NCBI GenBank assembly: GCA_002104945.1
Contig: MCFH01000021.1
Location: forward strand, 744,001 to 808,000
Length of the DNA stretch: 64,000 bases
Direction: 5' to 3'
DNA from: Piromyces finnis finn
Taxonomy: Eukaryota; Fungi; Neocallimastigomycota
Notes under the pieces: generated by a model
Database searches by the model: none
What the model was told of the DNA's origin: nothing
What the model saw: the letters and a program-made list of their open reading frames with translations, nothing else
In this document: piece by piece, positions 29,797 to 44,685 of the stretch
Numbering within the stretch: position 1 is the stretch's first letter
Layout: every line of letters begins with the position of its first letter
Made by a program: the position numbers and the translations under genes

Positions 29797-32700
29797 CTAT
29801 TGTCTCATATAAAAACTTTTATTATAAATGTTAGTGTACTTATTCTTTTGATATCTATATATATTACTGTTGTTTTGATTTCTAGTGTAAAGTGCATATA
29901 CAATGCAAGCAATAATTAAAAATCCTAATAGATTAATAGCCCAATTATATTTATATAAACTATAAAATATAGCTCCTAAAACAAAGAAAAAGAGAAGATT
30001 TTGGTAGGAAGCCAAGAATCTAAAATTAAATTCTATTTTGTATAAAAATCTTGGAACATATATATTACGGCTTCCTAAACGGCTAAGAATTATATTATAC
30101 TAAATGAAATTAATTAATAATCAATTATTAAACCAATTTGTATACTGCATTTTAATATTTATTCGTTTTTATAATAACCACTAAATATTTACCTGTTGAT
30201 TAGTTTTATCTGATAAATAATTTGTTAAATGAACTAAGGGAGCAATTTCATAAGAGAATATCATTTCTCTTTGTCTTGGCGTAGGCTTAATTTTTATATT
30301 GGTATTATCACATTTACGTAAACCAAGCATAATCTAAATATACATAATTATATAAAATTTAATATTTATTTTAATATTCTATATTTTACTCTTTTATATA
30401 TTAATACTATTTATTTTTTTATTTATTGTATATATTAAGCTTTAACTTACTTGTTGTTTTCCCTCATATGTTAATTTACCATCAGTATTATAATCAGGAG
30501 CATAAACACCAGGTCTAATTTGTTTAGAATTCTCTACTACACGAGGTTGTAATACATTTGGTGATATATGAGAAGGAATTTCCCAAATATTTTCAATTAT
30601 TTTTAATATTCCTTTTAATGATTCTAACTGATTATTTAAAATTACATTCATTTCACGAGACTTTGGATTTAATTTATTAACTTGATTGACAACATACTTT
30701 GTAACCATAATAGTTTTATCAGAAATTGTTTTTATGTTAATACCATTGGATAGTTTATTTGATGAATTATCATTTATAAATGGTGAAATGCGTTGTTTTA
30801 TTTGAGTGATAGCACTATTGATGCTTTCTATTATTACTGTTAACTATAATTATAATATAAATCATTATTAAAAAATAAAATAAATTATTAATTTTTTCTT
30901 CAAAATTATGAGTTTTTTCCTCTATTTTAAAAACTTACAGTATCCCATGTTTCAAATTTTCCTTCTGTTAAAATATTAAATACTGGTTGATAATCTTTAT
31001 CATATCCAAAGTCCATTAAATGGTTTTGTAATAGTATAATAGATGGTTTATTAGATGTTGAATAACCTTGAATTTGTTGAACATTATCAACTGATAATAT
31101 AATACTTTCAGTTTCTCTTAAGAATTTTAAAAGATTTTGATTAGAATAAACAGTGAGAACCTTTTTGAGCAAATTTAATTGATTCTTTTTAACACTTTCT
31201 GAAGTTTTGTTATTTATTCTAGAAAGTGAGAAATCGAAATGAATAACTCTCGATAAGAAAGTCATAAATAATACTGAATAATATAAATAGTTATCATAGA
31301 CATAAGATGCCCTATAATTATTCATTTATTTAGAAATATATTAATTGTATTATATATTAGATCAAAATATATAATAAAATTAATTAATAAATAAATAAAT
31401 ATAAATGATATATCATATATATACACTGATATACTAATTTTCTTACCAATCACCAGTAATATTAATATTCTTTTTCTTTTCTCCCCAAGGTTGAATATAT
31501 GAGAGCCAAATATCAACAGCCTATGAATAAAATAAGAAAAAAAAAGTACATAATTTAATATATTAATATCACTTATTTTAATTCATAATTAATTTAAATA
31601 TTATTTGAAATTTTTATTACTAATTCAAATGAAGTATCTAATGGCAAATGACGTAATGCTAATTGTAAGAATAAGAAAAGCTTGGAATGTAATGCTTGAT
31701 AAGAATAACTATAAATTAAAAATATATATATTTAGTATTAGATATTTTTTTTATTTCTTCTTAAAAATAATTTAATATAACATAATAAAAAAAAGCATAC
31801 TCTTGTATTATTGAATAACTCAATTCATTATTATTATTATTAATTAATGAAGTTTCATTCAAGTTATTTCTTTCGTTTAATAATAAAATAACATGCTTTA
31901 CAACTTGATTGATACAAATAAGCATTGGTACTGATGGATTATTATATGTCTGTTTTTTATATTATATTAAATATATTTAATAATTATTTCATAATTTATA
32001 TTTATTTATTTAAATATAGCATAATTAATGCATACTCTTTTATTAGAATTTTTTAAATCATCAATAGAGACTTGATTTAACCATAATTCACAAACAGAAT
32101 CGATAAAGAATTCAGCTATTTTTATTGAAGATGTTGAATTCATAAATCTGTAAAATTTTATAATATGAGAATATAAACTTTTGATCTAAATAGAAATGTT
32201 ATTATAACATTTAATAAATACATACCTGCATTCAAATATACTTTTATGTGGAATATCTGGCGTAACTGTTAAATATATATAAATCCTAAATTAATTAAAA
32301 CAGCTTATTAATTTTTTTATATTATTTTTTATTTTACCTTTCATTATTTTTTCTTTTGGTGGATTACAACCTTTTAAATTAGCATTATTTGATTTACTTG
32401 AAACTCCTACTTTTGATAGTTGAACTGAATTTTTCTTTAAGGATCTTAAACGATAAGAATCATTATAAATTGCTCCTGTTTCTTGTTTGGTTGGTTTTGC
32501 CATTACCCTAACTTTTGAATTTGATTCCAATGGAAGGAAATATTTTAAATATTGAACAAACAAATTTATGTATAGAAGATTATTTTTTGATATTTTTTCA
32601 GAAGTTCCATAATTATAATTTTTGTTTGATGGTTTATTTCCTGTTTTTAAATAATCATTGAAAATATATTGGCTTGCTGTTTTAAAAAAGTTGTTTGTTT

Positions 32701-33817
32701 TATTATCTTTTTGTTTATTTTTAATTTCTGTAACAGAAGGGAACATTATAAATTGTGACTAATCCATTAAATACAAATCTGATTAGAATATTAAAAAAAA
32801 TTAAATAAAAATTAAAAGACAATAGAACTTTTAACTTACAACTGAATTCAATTTATTGTTTTGTTTAAGCGTTAAAAAGAAAATGAAACAGAATATATAA
32901 TATTCAATCATATCTATAATTTAAATAAATATTTTTAAATGTAGTATGGATATACAAATTATGTGATATACTATTATAACATAGATTATATATAGATTAT
33001 ATTTTAAAAAAAGGATACTGAACATGATTTTTGCAGGTTGTTCTTGTGGTGAAGTTATGAAATTATCTCTTGGAGAAGTAAAGTAAGATTCCATTAAATG
33101 TAAATGAGTTTGATATATTAATGAAAGAGATTTATAATCACCCATTTGAAATTGTTTCTGAACAGGAACCTATTTTAAAACAAATTTTAATTTATTTTAA
33201 ATATTAAAAAAAATTTATATATTTGTACAATATGAAATTTAAAATAACTTACGGGTAATTTATCTTGAAGAATCTCATATAAGCAATTTGATTCATTATA
33301 AAATTTTAATAAAAGTTGAACAAAATACCCATTTGGATCCAATAAATTTAAAATATATAATTCATCTTTTTCGTTGTTATTAGTTTGTAAATAACCTCTA
33401 TATTAATAATTTTTTAATTTTATTAAGATTATTTAAAAGTATATATTAGCATTTTAATACTTATAAATTATTAATTTTGAACAATAACGGTTAAAAAAAA
33501 ATAAATCAAATTTATAATTTAAATTTAAATATAGATTTTAACTATAGAAATAATTTAGTAAATTCAATATAAATTAAGCACAAATTACTCTTAAAGATTT
33601 CCATTAAATAAAAATTTTAATAATTATTTATAACATAATTTTAATAATACCTATTGTTTTTTGAACCAAATAATCTTGAACATAATCTTGGCAAGGAATC
33701 AAAAATTATGTTAGGTCTTTCATTTGTTTCCCATATTTGAGAAAAATTACTTTGAATTGTATAATAAAATTCATTTACTGGTAATTGAGTTGATAATATT
33801 TTTGATAATTCAAACAT
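29797..33817 (-). CDS. SMPD4: Sphingomyelin phosphodiesterase 4 / NET13 family (nuclear-envelope/ER protein with C-terminal TM anchor), multi-exon
   Basis: Spliced motifs LEYFFF, LFVQYLKYFLP, QALHSKLFLFLQLALRHLPLD, AVDIWLSYIQPW, YVYDNYLYYSVLFMTFLSR, LSYEIAPLVHL and FNFRFLASYQNLL, followed by hydrophobic TM segments. These follow the order of human SMPD4 motifs as I recall them (FEYYIFFFA, LSWFLP, QKLYLFLQHCF, MWLSYLQPW, IRSYEIASLV, LRFLGSYRTL). Confidence 0.85.
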
Positions 33818-34182
33818 TTTTTTTTTTTTTTTTTTTTTTTTTTTATTGTTATTATAAAGAAAAAAATGATATTATATTGAGAATTAATTAAGTATATATT
33901 GTTTTTATTTGTAGTACTTTTTTTAACTTTAAATGGAAATAAACGAATAAAAGAAAGATAATTGATTTTTATAATTTCTTAATATTAATAGTTTTTGTGA
34001 AGATTTCTAGTTAAATTAATAAATTTTCAAATTCTCATTCTCATATATATTCTTATTTTACTAATAAATATAATAAAAAAAATGGTCTTTTTAAAACGAA
34101 TATTGCATATGTTTAAAAGTTTTCGTTTTTACTTAAATTTCTTAATGCAACAATTCCTTTAACCAAATGATCTTCTATTATT

Positions 34183-34227
<45 letters not shown>

Positions 34228-34866
34228 TATAAAAATTAAATAAGGTTTTTGTTACATACTATTATGATACGTAAAATCTATCATACATACAATATATTAA
34301 ATACTACTAAATAAATTTTTAAAAAAAAAGATGGGAGTGAGAAATAATCAATGTAATAAGTGTTTTTAATGAATGTTATAATAAATAAAACTAAGCTAAA
34401 TTCTCGTTGAATATATTCAAATAGTATGGGTTATATGTTATTATATTTAATTTTATAAAATCAAAAATATATAATATATTATAATTATATAACTGCTTTT
34501 AGATTTTTGCTTAATAGTAAATAGAAAATTATTATAAATTTTCATTTAATTAATCTTAACCTATAAATAAAACAATAATTTTAATTAAATTTTATATAAC
34601 TATAACTTTGAAAAAATTTATCAATATCACCTACTGAAATTTTAATAAAGTAAAACTTAAATAGGTAAATATTTTCAGATGACGTGTTAAATTATTTATT
34701 TGTTTCCTTTAATAATTAATAATATTTTTATCATTTTAATAATAAAATAATAAGAAAATATTAACTTTTATATATATTATTATATTTTTTTTATTTATTA
34801 AAATAAAAAATAAACATAAAAATAAATAAATATTTTAATATTATATGAAAATAATATAGTATCAAA

Positions 34867-36373
34867 ATGTCTGTAAGTACTAACCAACGTATAGGAGAAG
34901 ATATCTGGAAATTAAAGACAGAAAGAATTGTAAATTATTTTATTAAATATGCTTAATCTATCTATATCATTTCAATAAATTTATTATTCATCAAATTAAA
35001 CATTTTATTTATTATTGATAAACATTCAAAAAATTAAGAATGCAGAATTATTTACTCTTACTTATGGATCCATTGTAACTCAATTAATAAAAGATTATGA
35101 AGACTATAATGAAGTTAACAAACAATTAGAGAAAATGTATGCTATTAAATGTCATTTAATTTGTTGTTTCTTAAAAATAATATAATAATTATAAATGAAA
35201 GAATGAATAAATGAAATAAAAGTATTATAAAAAAAGGGGGATTAGTATATAATATTTAAAGGAGAATTTAAAAATGAAATTAAAATTATTTTTCATTTTC
35301 ATAAAAAAAAGTAGAAACACTACTTCTTAAATTATGTATTTCAATAATTTTTGAACAATAACAAAAAATAAAATAATAAATAATACTATTTTGGGAACTT
35401 TATATTAACTAAATAATAAATAAATAAAAAATGAAATAAATCAAATTGACATTAAATATATTATAAGTAATATTGCAAATATATAACTATAATATGATAA
35501 AAGAAGAGAAAGAAGACAGGAAACATAACATAAAAAAGAAGGAAATGAAAATAATTATAATTGTATTATTTATTCAAAAAAGTATATATGATGTAATTAA
35601 GTAAACAATAACACTAGTTTTACTGGTAGAATCTTAAATTCACTAGTTCATAATAAAAAAAGGATAAAAAATTTATCATTAATTTTAAAATATAAATATT
35701 GATATATAATTTCACATTATGTTATATTATTCATATATAGGGGATACAATATAGGATGTCGTTTAATTGAAGATTTTCTTGCAAAAACAAATATTCCACG
35801 TTGTAAAAATTTTAAAGAAACTTCTGAAGTTATTAGTAAAGTATGTATTAAATAAATTTAAATTATAAATAAATACAAACATAATATTATTAAATAAATA
35901 AATCTAATCCAATTTTATAATTAATATCTCAAATAAAAACATCAAAAGATTGGTTTCAAAATATTTTTAAATATTGTGCCAAATGTAGCAAATTGGAGTC
36001 CAGATGAAAAAGAATTTTCATTAATTTTCGAAGAAAATCCATTAACAGAATTTGTTGAACTTCCAGAAGATGCAATGGATTTATGGTATTCCAACATTTT
36101 GTGTGGTGTTATACGAGGAGCATTAGAATTGGTTAGTATTAATAATAAATAATAAATTAATTATATATCAAAAAAATTAAATAAAATATACTTAATTTTC
36201 ATAAACAATCAAAATAAAATAATAAATAAATATTAATAAATTAAATATAATAGGTCCAAATGCAAGTTGAATGCGAATTTGTAAGTTGCGTTTTGCATGG
36301 TGATGATGTCTCTGAAATAAGAGTTAAGCTTATTAGAATATTAGAGGAAGAAGTTCCAGCTGGTGAAGATTAG
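34867..36373 (+). CDS. BET3: TRAPP complex subunit Bet3/TRAPPC3
   Basis: [22 protein letters not shown]...[21 protein letters not shown]...[11 protein letters not shown]...[18 protein letters not shown]...EEEVPAGED*. Confidence 0.97.
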
Positions 36374-38006
36374 ATAATTTTAATAAAAATTTAATTATAA
36401 TATGAAAATTGACAACAGCAACTACAATATAACAAATAAACACTGAAACTAATAAAATAAAATTAATAAATATATTTCACAAAACATTATTTTTTCTTTT
36501 ACCAAATAACATTAAAACATTGTTTAAAAACTTATAATAATAATATTATTATTTTATTAAATAAAATAAATATATATATAAATAAAATAAATATATATTA
36601 AATTAAAAAAAAATATATTTAAAAAACAATTCACAACAATAAACATAATAATTTTAATTTTTCATCAAAACAACATAAATTTTAAACATTTTATTTTCTT
36701 TATTTCCAAATTATTTTTTTTTTCAAATATTTAAAAATTAGTAACTATAATTTATATATAATTTAAAACTAAATTAATTTTAATCAAAAATATAAAATTT
36801 AAAATTTATTTTATTAAATACAATTTAAAAGTATGCTACATTTAATGAGAAATACATTTGTTTGATTAAAAAAATTTTGTAGATATTTATAGCCAATCAT
36901 ATTTAATAATATTAATGAGGCTTTATTATATAATATTTAAAATGTATTAAAAATGTATCAAATTTTATTTTTAGATGTCTTTTTATGTTACATTATAAAT
37001 ATGTCTTAGTAGTAATAATAATTAAAAATGTATGAATATATACATAATATACATATTTAGTTTTTCACTTATTTATTTTTGAAATATAATAAAAATAATA
37101 GAAATCCAATATTTTATATAAATTATATTTAAACATTTATTAGAGCCAATAAAATAAATATTACTTAATGTATTATTTTAATCAATTGTTATATAAGTAT
37201 AATTTTACATTTATAATATTACAATATAAAAATTAATTTGTTCAATATATTGATAATGTACTATTATTATATTATTATTCAATAATATATTTTTATAATT
37301 ATCTTGAATAAAAAAAATCTTTTCTTTTCACAAAAAAATTATTATAGTTAATATTACTATACTATAAATAATCCATAATCCATAATAATCTAAAAATGTA
37401 ATTATCAAATCGAATATTAAAAATAAAATAATAATAATAATTGAAAATAAATAAGAAATATACTATCTTTCATTTAAATCTTTAATAATTAATAATCTGT
37501 ATGAAGCAAATAAATTTTTACAAAAAAAAAAGTCTTTTTACTTATGAATTTCAAATCAACGATTCAATAGTAGCAATAAATATTAATGATTTAAATTAAC
37601 AAAAGGAAAATATTTGATTTTATTGGAAAAATAAAATAAAAAATAAAAAAAAGTTAATCAAAAATAATTAAATGATTATTTAATTCGATTAAATAATCAT
37701 TTAAAAAGGAAAAAGAAGAAAAAAAAAACATAATTCAATAAAACAAATACTTGATGAAATAAATACAAAATAATTATTAAGTCTTTTTAAATTCAAAAAA
37801 AAAAATAATAAAATGCTATATTTTCAGAAGTTATATTTTAAATAATTAATTTTTTTTTTATAATGTTGTTATATTAAAGTAAATCTATTTGTGGTATAAT
37901 AAAAAAATATTTACTTATAAAATGTTTTTCAATATATTTTTATATACTTTTATCATTATATATTTTATTAATATTTAATTAAAACATTGAAAATGAATAT
38001 ATAAGA

Positions 38007-40573
<2,567 letters not shown>

Positions 40574-41107
40574 ATGGATTTAAAAAATACATATTAATTT
40601 CTTTAACTACCAAAAAAAAGCCTAGTATAAATAATAATGATAAATTTACATTATAGTAGAAAATAATTTAAAAAGAAATTATAAATATATATATTTTTTT
40701 AAAAAAAATTCAAAAAGGAAAAAAAGGAAAAGAAACAAAAAGCCTCACTGAAATGTATAAAAGCTAAAAAAAAAAATTAAAATTATTTAAAAATAAATAT
40801 TATTTAAAAAAATATTGTCATTAATAATAAGAATAATAATTATATATAATACAAATATAATTTTTAATTTTTATTGATACAAATAAAATATATATATTAA
40901 GACTTTATAAAAATATATAAAATTAAATCAAAATAAAACTATATAAAATATAAAAATACATTTTATTTTATATATATATAATATATATATTTGTGTGTGT
41001 GTGTGTGTGTTTGCCATATAAATGATGAAAAATGGATAAAATCTATGAAAATATTTTAAAAAGTAAACTTTATCAAAAAGAATAAATGGGTTACCATAAG
41101 ACTTTAT

Positions 41108-41940
41108 TCTCTTATTATGCTCCTTTACTTAGTTCCAACAAAAATAGAACTAGAAGAGTCCAATCTCTTATCAATACTGCTGTTTTATGGAATGTCAATA
41201 GCTTTCACAATAAAAGTCTTAATAACAAAGATTTTGTTTTTGAACGAAATTCATTTATTAGTCTGTATGCTCTTACAAGAGATATGAAGATTCCTACCCT
41301 TTCGGGTATTTGTGCTGCGCAACAAGTGAAATGCTTTGTTAAATGGAGAAAATCAAATTGTATTATTAAAGATCTCGTCCGATCTATTCCTCCCATGTCT
41401 CATTACACTTGGGCCAAGGAATCTTGTTCACTTCATAAGAAGCTTATGAAAATAAATATTAAAAGTACTAAAGATATTAGAGAATATTATTGGAATAATA
41501 ATGGAAGTAAAGCCCTCAGATATACTAACAACAAATTCCTTAATTCAAATCGCCTAATGCCTATCTGTCTCAATAAACCTCACTTAAATTTAGGAATTAC
41601 CTGGATTATTTGTATTCGATACGGTTATGAATACACTACCCACACTATCATACCTGATGTTACTTCTTTTTTTTTATTTCATTTAATTTATTAGGTAGGG
41701 ACCAATTTCACACAGTACAAAATGCAGAGTTCATTGATCTTTTATGCAATTTAAATAATTATTTTATATTATTTTATATTTATATTTTATTATTTTTATT
41801 TATATATATTTTATTATTTTTATTTATTATTTATTATATCAATATGTATTATCACCTAATATTATGTAATATCACGAATTAAATAAATAAAAGATGTGTA
41901 TTCTCTTTCTAGTCTAAAAAAAAAAAAAAAAAAAAAAAAA
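41108..41940 (+). mobile_element. 5'-truncated non-LTR retrotransposon (LINE), subfamily A; ORF2 C-terminal part, 3' UTR, A25 tail, 15-bp TSD
   Basis: ACCATAAGACTTTAT at both 41093-41107 and 41941-41955. AATAAA near 41882-41891 and poly(A) at 41916-41940. Frame reads YYAPLLSSNKNRTRRVQSLINTAVLW...IPTLSGICAAQQVKCFVKW...LGITWIICIRYGY with a degraded QS..HW...C knuckle; it aligns by eye to copy B1. Confidence 0.85.
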
Positions 41941-41976
41941 ACCATAAGACTTTATATCAGATTGTCTTATGTTTAT

Positions 41977-42509
41977 CTCAAAAGATTTGAATATTCCTCC
42001 ATTGTCAGCCAAATGCTTAGGTTAGATGTTTTAACAAATGGAAAAACTCAAATTGTATTATCTCACACCTTGTCAATTACATTCCTAAATTTAGAAAATA
42101 CACGTGGTGCAAATCAAGTAGGACACTTGATAAAAAATTAAAGAAGCATGGAGATGTCAAAAGCAATTAAAAACTTTTATTGGAAAGATCTCAAAGGGAA
42201 TTCAACCAAAACGCAATATTATGATGATAATAAATTTATTAAAACTAAAGATTTTATCAAATTATGTTATGAATACCCAGTGTTTGCCTATGGCTTCTAC
42301 TAGCTATTGAAAGCAAGAAGGGGATACAAGTTGGATGCTAGAGTTGCAAAAACTGCTAAATTTGTTGATTCAGTTTGTCCTAACTACTATCTATGTTGCA
42401 AGTGTGGTGTTCAAAGTATTAAGCATTGGTTATTAGATTTTTTTTTATTATTAATTTTAATTAAATTAATAATAAAGTTTAAAATATTTGATGCAGTTAA
42501 AAAAAAAAA
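41977..42509 (+). mobile_element. 5'-truncated, frameshifted LINE copy B1 with A11 tail and 14-bp TSD
   Basis: TGTCTTATGTTTAT at 41963-41976 and 42510-42523. Broken frame SKDLNIPPLSAKCL/VRCFNKWKNSNCII...GFY*LLKARRGYKLD...CPNYYLCCKCGVQSIKHWLL (CCHC-type knuckle). The 3' end AAAGTTTAAAATATTTGATGCAGTT(A)n is shared with B2. Confidence 0.88.
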
Positions 42510-42663
42510 TGTCTTATGTTTATTAATTTTTAAATATAGTTTACTTAATTTTAGGAATTAATTTATCTGTAATTGTTATGGCTATCAGAATGCTACTAAA
42601 ATGTTACTTTTTATTTATTTATTATTGTTGTTGTTGTTAATATTACTAATACTATCATTATTA

Positions 42664-43052
<389 letters not shown>

Positions 43053-44159
43053 TTAGTTTTAATATACTCAATAAAACTACCTTTCTGAGAGCTCTTAACA
43101 TAAGCAAGAGTCATATTGTATTAATTTAGCAAAACAAAAACAAAACAAAAAAAAAAAAAAAAACATTTCAAAATGTTTCTTATATAAAGTACAAATTTAC
43201 CAAGTTTATCGAATTAGTTGTTATACAATTAAAATAATATTTTTCATTCTGTAACATTTATATATAAAATATTTTTTCTTGTTATTTTTCACCAGAAATC
43301 ACATCGAATAATTAATATTTTAAATTGAAAGGTTAAATTAAATTTTTTTTTAAATATTAAATTTAAACAAAAAAAAAATTCTTGAGATTTAAAATATGAA
43401 AATGAAACCTTTTTCATTATCAATATTATTAATTCATTTATTTAATGTTTTAGCTAAAAAGAAAAATAACATTTTAACACAATAATATATTATATTAAAA
43501 TCAAGCAAACATATCTTCTTTTATATACGATTTTTGTTCACTTGTACTAAAACAATAATAAACTTAAATTTTATTCATTTCCATTATTCTTCTTTTAATC
43601 CCAGTAGATAAAATAATAAAATATAAAGAATTTGTGAAAAAAACTTAATAATAAAATTATCGAAATTAAAAATTAAAATTATATATTATAAATAAATTTT
43701 AATATATTAAAGTAATAAATAAAATACTTCATAATATACATAAGATAGTATTACAATGTTTTAACTTTATCATAACTTTTATAAATTGTATCCTCATAAG
43801 TTAAGTAAAATATATACATATATACAGTAATAAATAAATTATTCCCTATTTTCCTCAAACTAAATAAAATAACAATTAATAAGTAATTTATAATTTCATC
43901 TTAACATTGTGAACTTTCAAAAAAATATATCTAAATGGATTTAAAAAACAATTATATTGTTATATATATTGTAATACATTATAATATATAGATATTTATT
44001 TTTAACCAATCAAATAATGTTTAATAAGCCATTTCATATTAATTTTAAAATATAGAAATTAAAAAAAACCAAATTTTAATAATTATATAATTATAATTTG
44101 AATGTATTATAATATATTGTTCCAATATATTATTTAATTGGTTCCTTTATTCATATAGT

Positions 44160-44197
<38 letters not shown>

Positions 44198-44685
44198 CTT
44201 TGCATAAAAATAATATCGTAAAGTGTTAATTAGATTTATAGAAAAAAAAAAATCAATTAAAAGTAAGTTAAAATGAATATACATATTCATTTAAAAATAA
44301 TAATAAATGAGGTTTAATCAATGAGGTTTAATCGTTTTTTAAAAGTTTAATAATAAAATCAAAAGATAATTTAAAAAATATAATTTATTAAGTAAAACTA
44401 TGCTAAAATAATTTTAAAAGAAAAACAATAGTCAATTCGAAAAATTAAACATAAAAATTAATGATTAAAAATTAATTTCACAGAAAAATGAAAATATAAT
44501 GCTTTTTTTAATAATATAAATATATTGTAATTTACAAATTAATTTTAAATAAGAATATTAACTAAAATTTTAAATTATTAATATATAATATTTAGGGGTT
44601 TAATATATATTTATATACTATTATTTAATATTTTTTTTTCATATATTTATTTAATTATTTATCTATCTTTATACCAAAAATCAAT

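Noticed and set aside
34186-34220. Poly(A) run as a retro-insertion tail (also 54520-54556)
   Set aside because: No flanking direct repeat or element-like body found; homopolymers are ubiquitous in this window.
35138-35741. Unusually long (about 600 nt) BET3 intron as a possible snoRNA host
   Set aside because: No convincing C/D box pair with terminal stem, or H/ACA structure, by eye. An Infernal/Rfam scan would settle it.
41040-41976. Element A nested inside a longer B element
   Set aside because: B1 has its own 14-bp TSD starting at 41963, so the two insertions are adjacent rather than nested.
41896-42561. Track ORFs 41896..42141 and 42307..42561 as genes
   Set aside because: They are poly(A)/TSD read-through and fragments of LINE copy B1.
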